DNA of 64,000 nucleotides from Blepharisma stoltei ATCC 30299 (Eukaryota; Protista; Ciliophora): NCBI GenBank assembly GCA_965603825.1, contig CBFDEM010000028.1, positions 310,001 to 374,000 of the forward strand, read 5' to 3'. Shown piece by piece: positions 62,501 to 64,000 of this stretch (position 1 is its first letter; each line of letters starts with the position of its first letter). The notes under the pieces were generated by a model. It saw only the letters and a program-made list of their open reading frames with translations, ran no database searches and was not told where the DNA came from. The position numbers and the translations under genes were made by a program.

Positions 62501-64000
62501 TACTTTTATTTTCATTTTCGGCTTTTTCCAGCAGCAACTTGTAATTTTCTATTTCTTTTGAAAGATTATCTGATTTTTCTGTATAGGCATTGAGCTGAAT
62601 TTTTAATTCCTTAAGTAATGAGTCATGATTTATGATTTCGTTTTCTAATTTACCTGAATTCTCTAGAGATAGATTAAGTTGGTGCTTTAGTTCCATTTCA
62701 GCTTTGCTAGAATTTTCCAAAGATCTTCTCAGGTCATCACAGCATTCTTTAATCTCATTATGATTTTTCTCAATTTTTTCTTTTTCAGCTTGTATTTTTG
62801 TAGTTTTAATGCTTAGCACTTCATTTTCATCAGAAATTCTCAAATTCTCAGCTTTAAAGCGAGAATTTTCATCTTTCAAGTGTTTAATTCTAAATATAAA
62901 TTACTCTTTTGTAATTGCTAGGATTTCAGATTCTTTCTCATTTAATTCATTATAAGCAGCAGAATTTTCTTTCCTGAGTTTATCTATATGATTTTCTAAA
63001 TCATAAATTTTCTTATCTTTAGATTCAATGAACTTCTCAACTTCTGAATTTTTCTTTTTAATCTCTGATTCGTTCATTTTGGCAATAGAATCATTATCAA
63101 TGATGGTTTGGCTTAGTCTCAATTTTAAGCTTTCTATCTCATTGCCAGCCATTTCTAATTTTCTTGATTTTTCTTCAATTTCTCGCTGAAGTTCTTTAGC
63201 GATCTCTTGAAACTTCTTTTTCTCTTTTTCTAAATCAGTTTCATAGCTACTTTTTTGGTTATTCAATTTTTCTTCAGCTTTCAAGGCTTCTTCTCGTAGT
63301 CTCACTCTATCTTCTTCTAAAATCTCTTTTGCCGAGCTTAAATTTTTTAGCTGCTCCTCATACTTCAAAATTTTCTCTTCAAGATTCAACCGATCCTCTA
63401 TGAAGCATTTCTTCTCACTGTTTAAATTTGTCAATATTTCTTCATTTTTAATTATTTCATTCTTAAGTTTCAGCCTATCTTCTTCAATATAATTCTTTTC
63501 ATTTATCAATTCTTTCAATTTCTTTTCGTTTATTATGATTTCTCCTTTAAGCCTTGTTCTATCTTCTTCTAATAGTTGCTTTTCCTCTAATAAATCCTTC
63601 AATTTCTCCTTATTTTTTAATTCCTCTTCTTCAAGCTTATTTCTTTCTCCTTCTAAAATTTCTTTTGAGTCACTCAAATTTTCAATTTCTAACTTCAGTT
63701 TTCCAATCAATTCTTCATTATGCCTATTTTTCTCATTTAAATGTTTTAACTCATTTTGGAGTTCCTGCTGAGAAGCTGATCGTTTCATTTTAAGCTCATT
63801 AAGCTCTGCTTCGAGTTTATGAATTGTTTTGTCTTTTTCTTTCCTTAATTCTTCTATTTGCTTATGGTTTACTTCTAGGCTTGCTTTTGCATTTAGAGTT
63901 TCTTCTCTCATTGCTAACATGCTTTCTTGGATGTTTTCTATGAATCTTTTGACATTGTTGTTTTCATCTTTTGTGACTTCTAGCTCGTTTTCTAGGCTTC
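59523..64000 (-). CDS. giant coiled-coil protein, possibly a golgin with a GRIP-like C-terminus (5' end outside window)
   Basis: More than 1450 aa of heptads joined by introns 62890-62904 and 61786-61800; C-terminal 'NIESLLSVVVNMAE...LKVIFSILGIPKDKVEEI' resembles GRIP/GRAB. Confidence 0.8.
62041..62255 (-). repeat. degenerate 75-nt (25-aa) coding tandem repeat, 3 copies
   Basis: ETQKNERIETLEDQLKEEI / ATQKNDQIKSLEEQLKEEI / ETQRNKQIKEIEGQLKEK. Confidence 0.75.
63260..63680 (-). repeat. degenerate 84-nt (28-aa) coding tandem repeat, about 5 copies
   Basis: LEGERNKL / LEEDRTRL / IEEDRLKL / FIEDRLNL / LEEDRVRL spaced 28 aa apart. Confidence 0.75.

Overview
Gene-dense, AT-rich eukaryotic nuclear DNA from a heterotrich ciliate, most consistent with a Blepharisma-type macronuclear genome. 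Two signatures support this: TGA is read as Trp at conserved Trp positions while genes end only in TAA/TAG, and introns are tiny (15-16 nt, GTA...AG, invariant A six nt from the 3' end). The supplied standard-code ORF track therefore fragments most genes; I re-joined them into about 44 protein-coding genes. These include RPB11, a divergent eRF1, IFT57, TAPT1, Cdc25, CDPK, a CDKL kinase, 2-oxoglutarate dehydrogenase E1, RPL31, a peroxisomal ABCD transporter, 14-3-3, NSUN6-like, a sirtuin, METTL6, HEATR5, phenylalanine hydroxylase and UBTD. The standout is an orphan, intronless homolog of the bacterial type VI secretion tube protein Hcp (43482-43985) that sits among ciliate genes and carries a C-terminal extension ending in the peroxisomal signal SKL. 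Other notable items: an eRF1 with an altered NIKS motif and a UGA in its own codon 14, an inverted pair of multi-HTH paralogs, a flavin monooxygenase next to a SABATH-like gene, an apparent 23-nt intron, and a +1 frameshift at a T8 run in HEATR5. No rRNA, tRNA, CRISPR array or intact mobile element was recognised. All family assignments are from motif recognition by eye; no searches were run.
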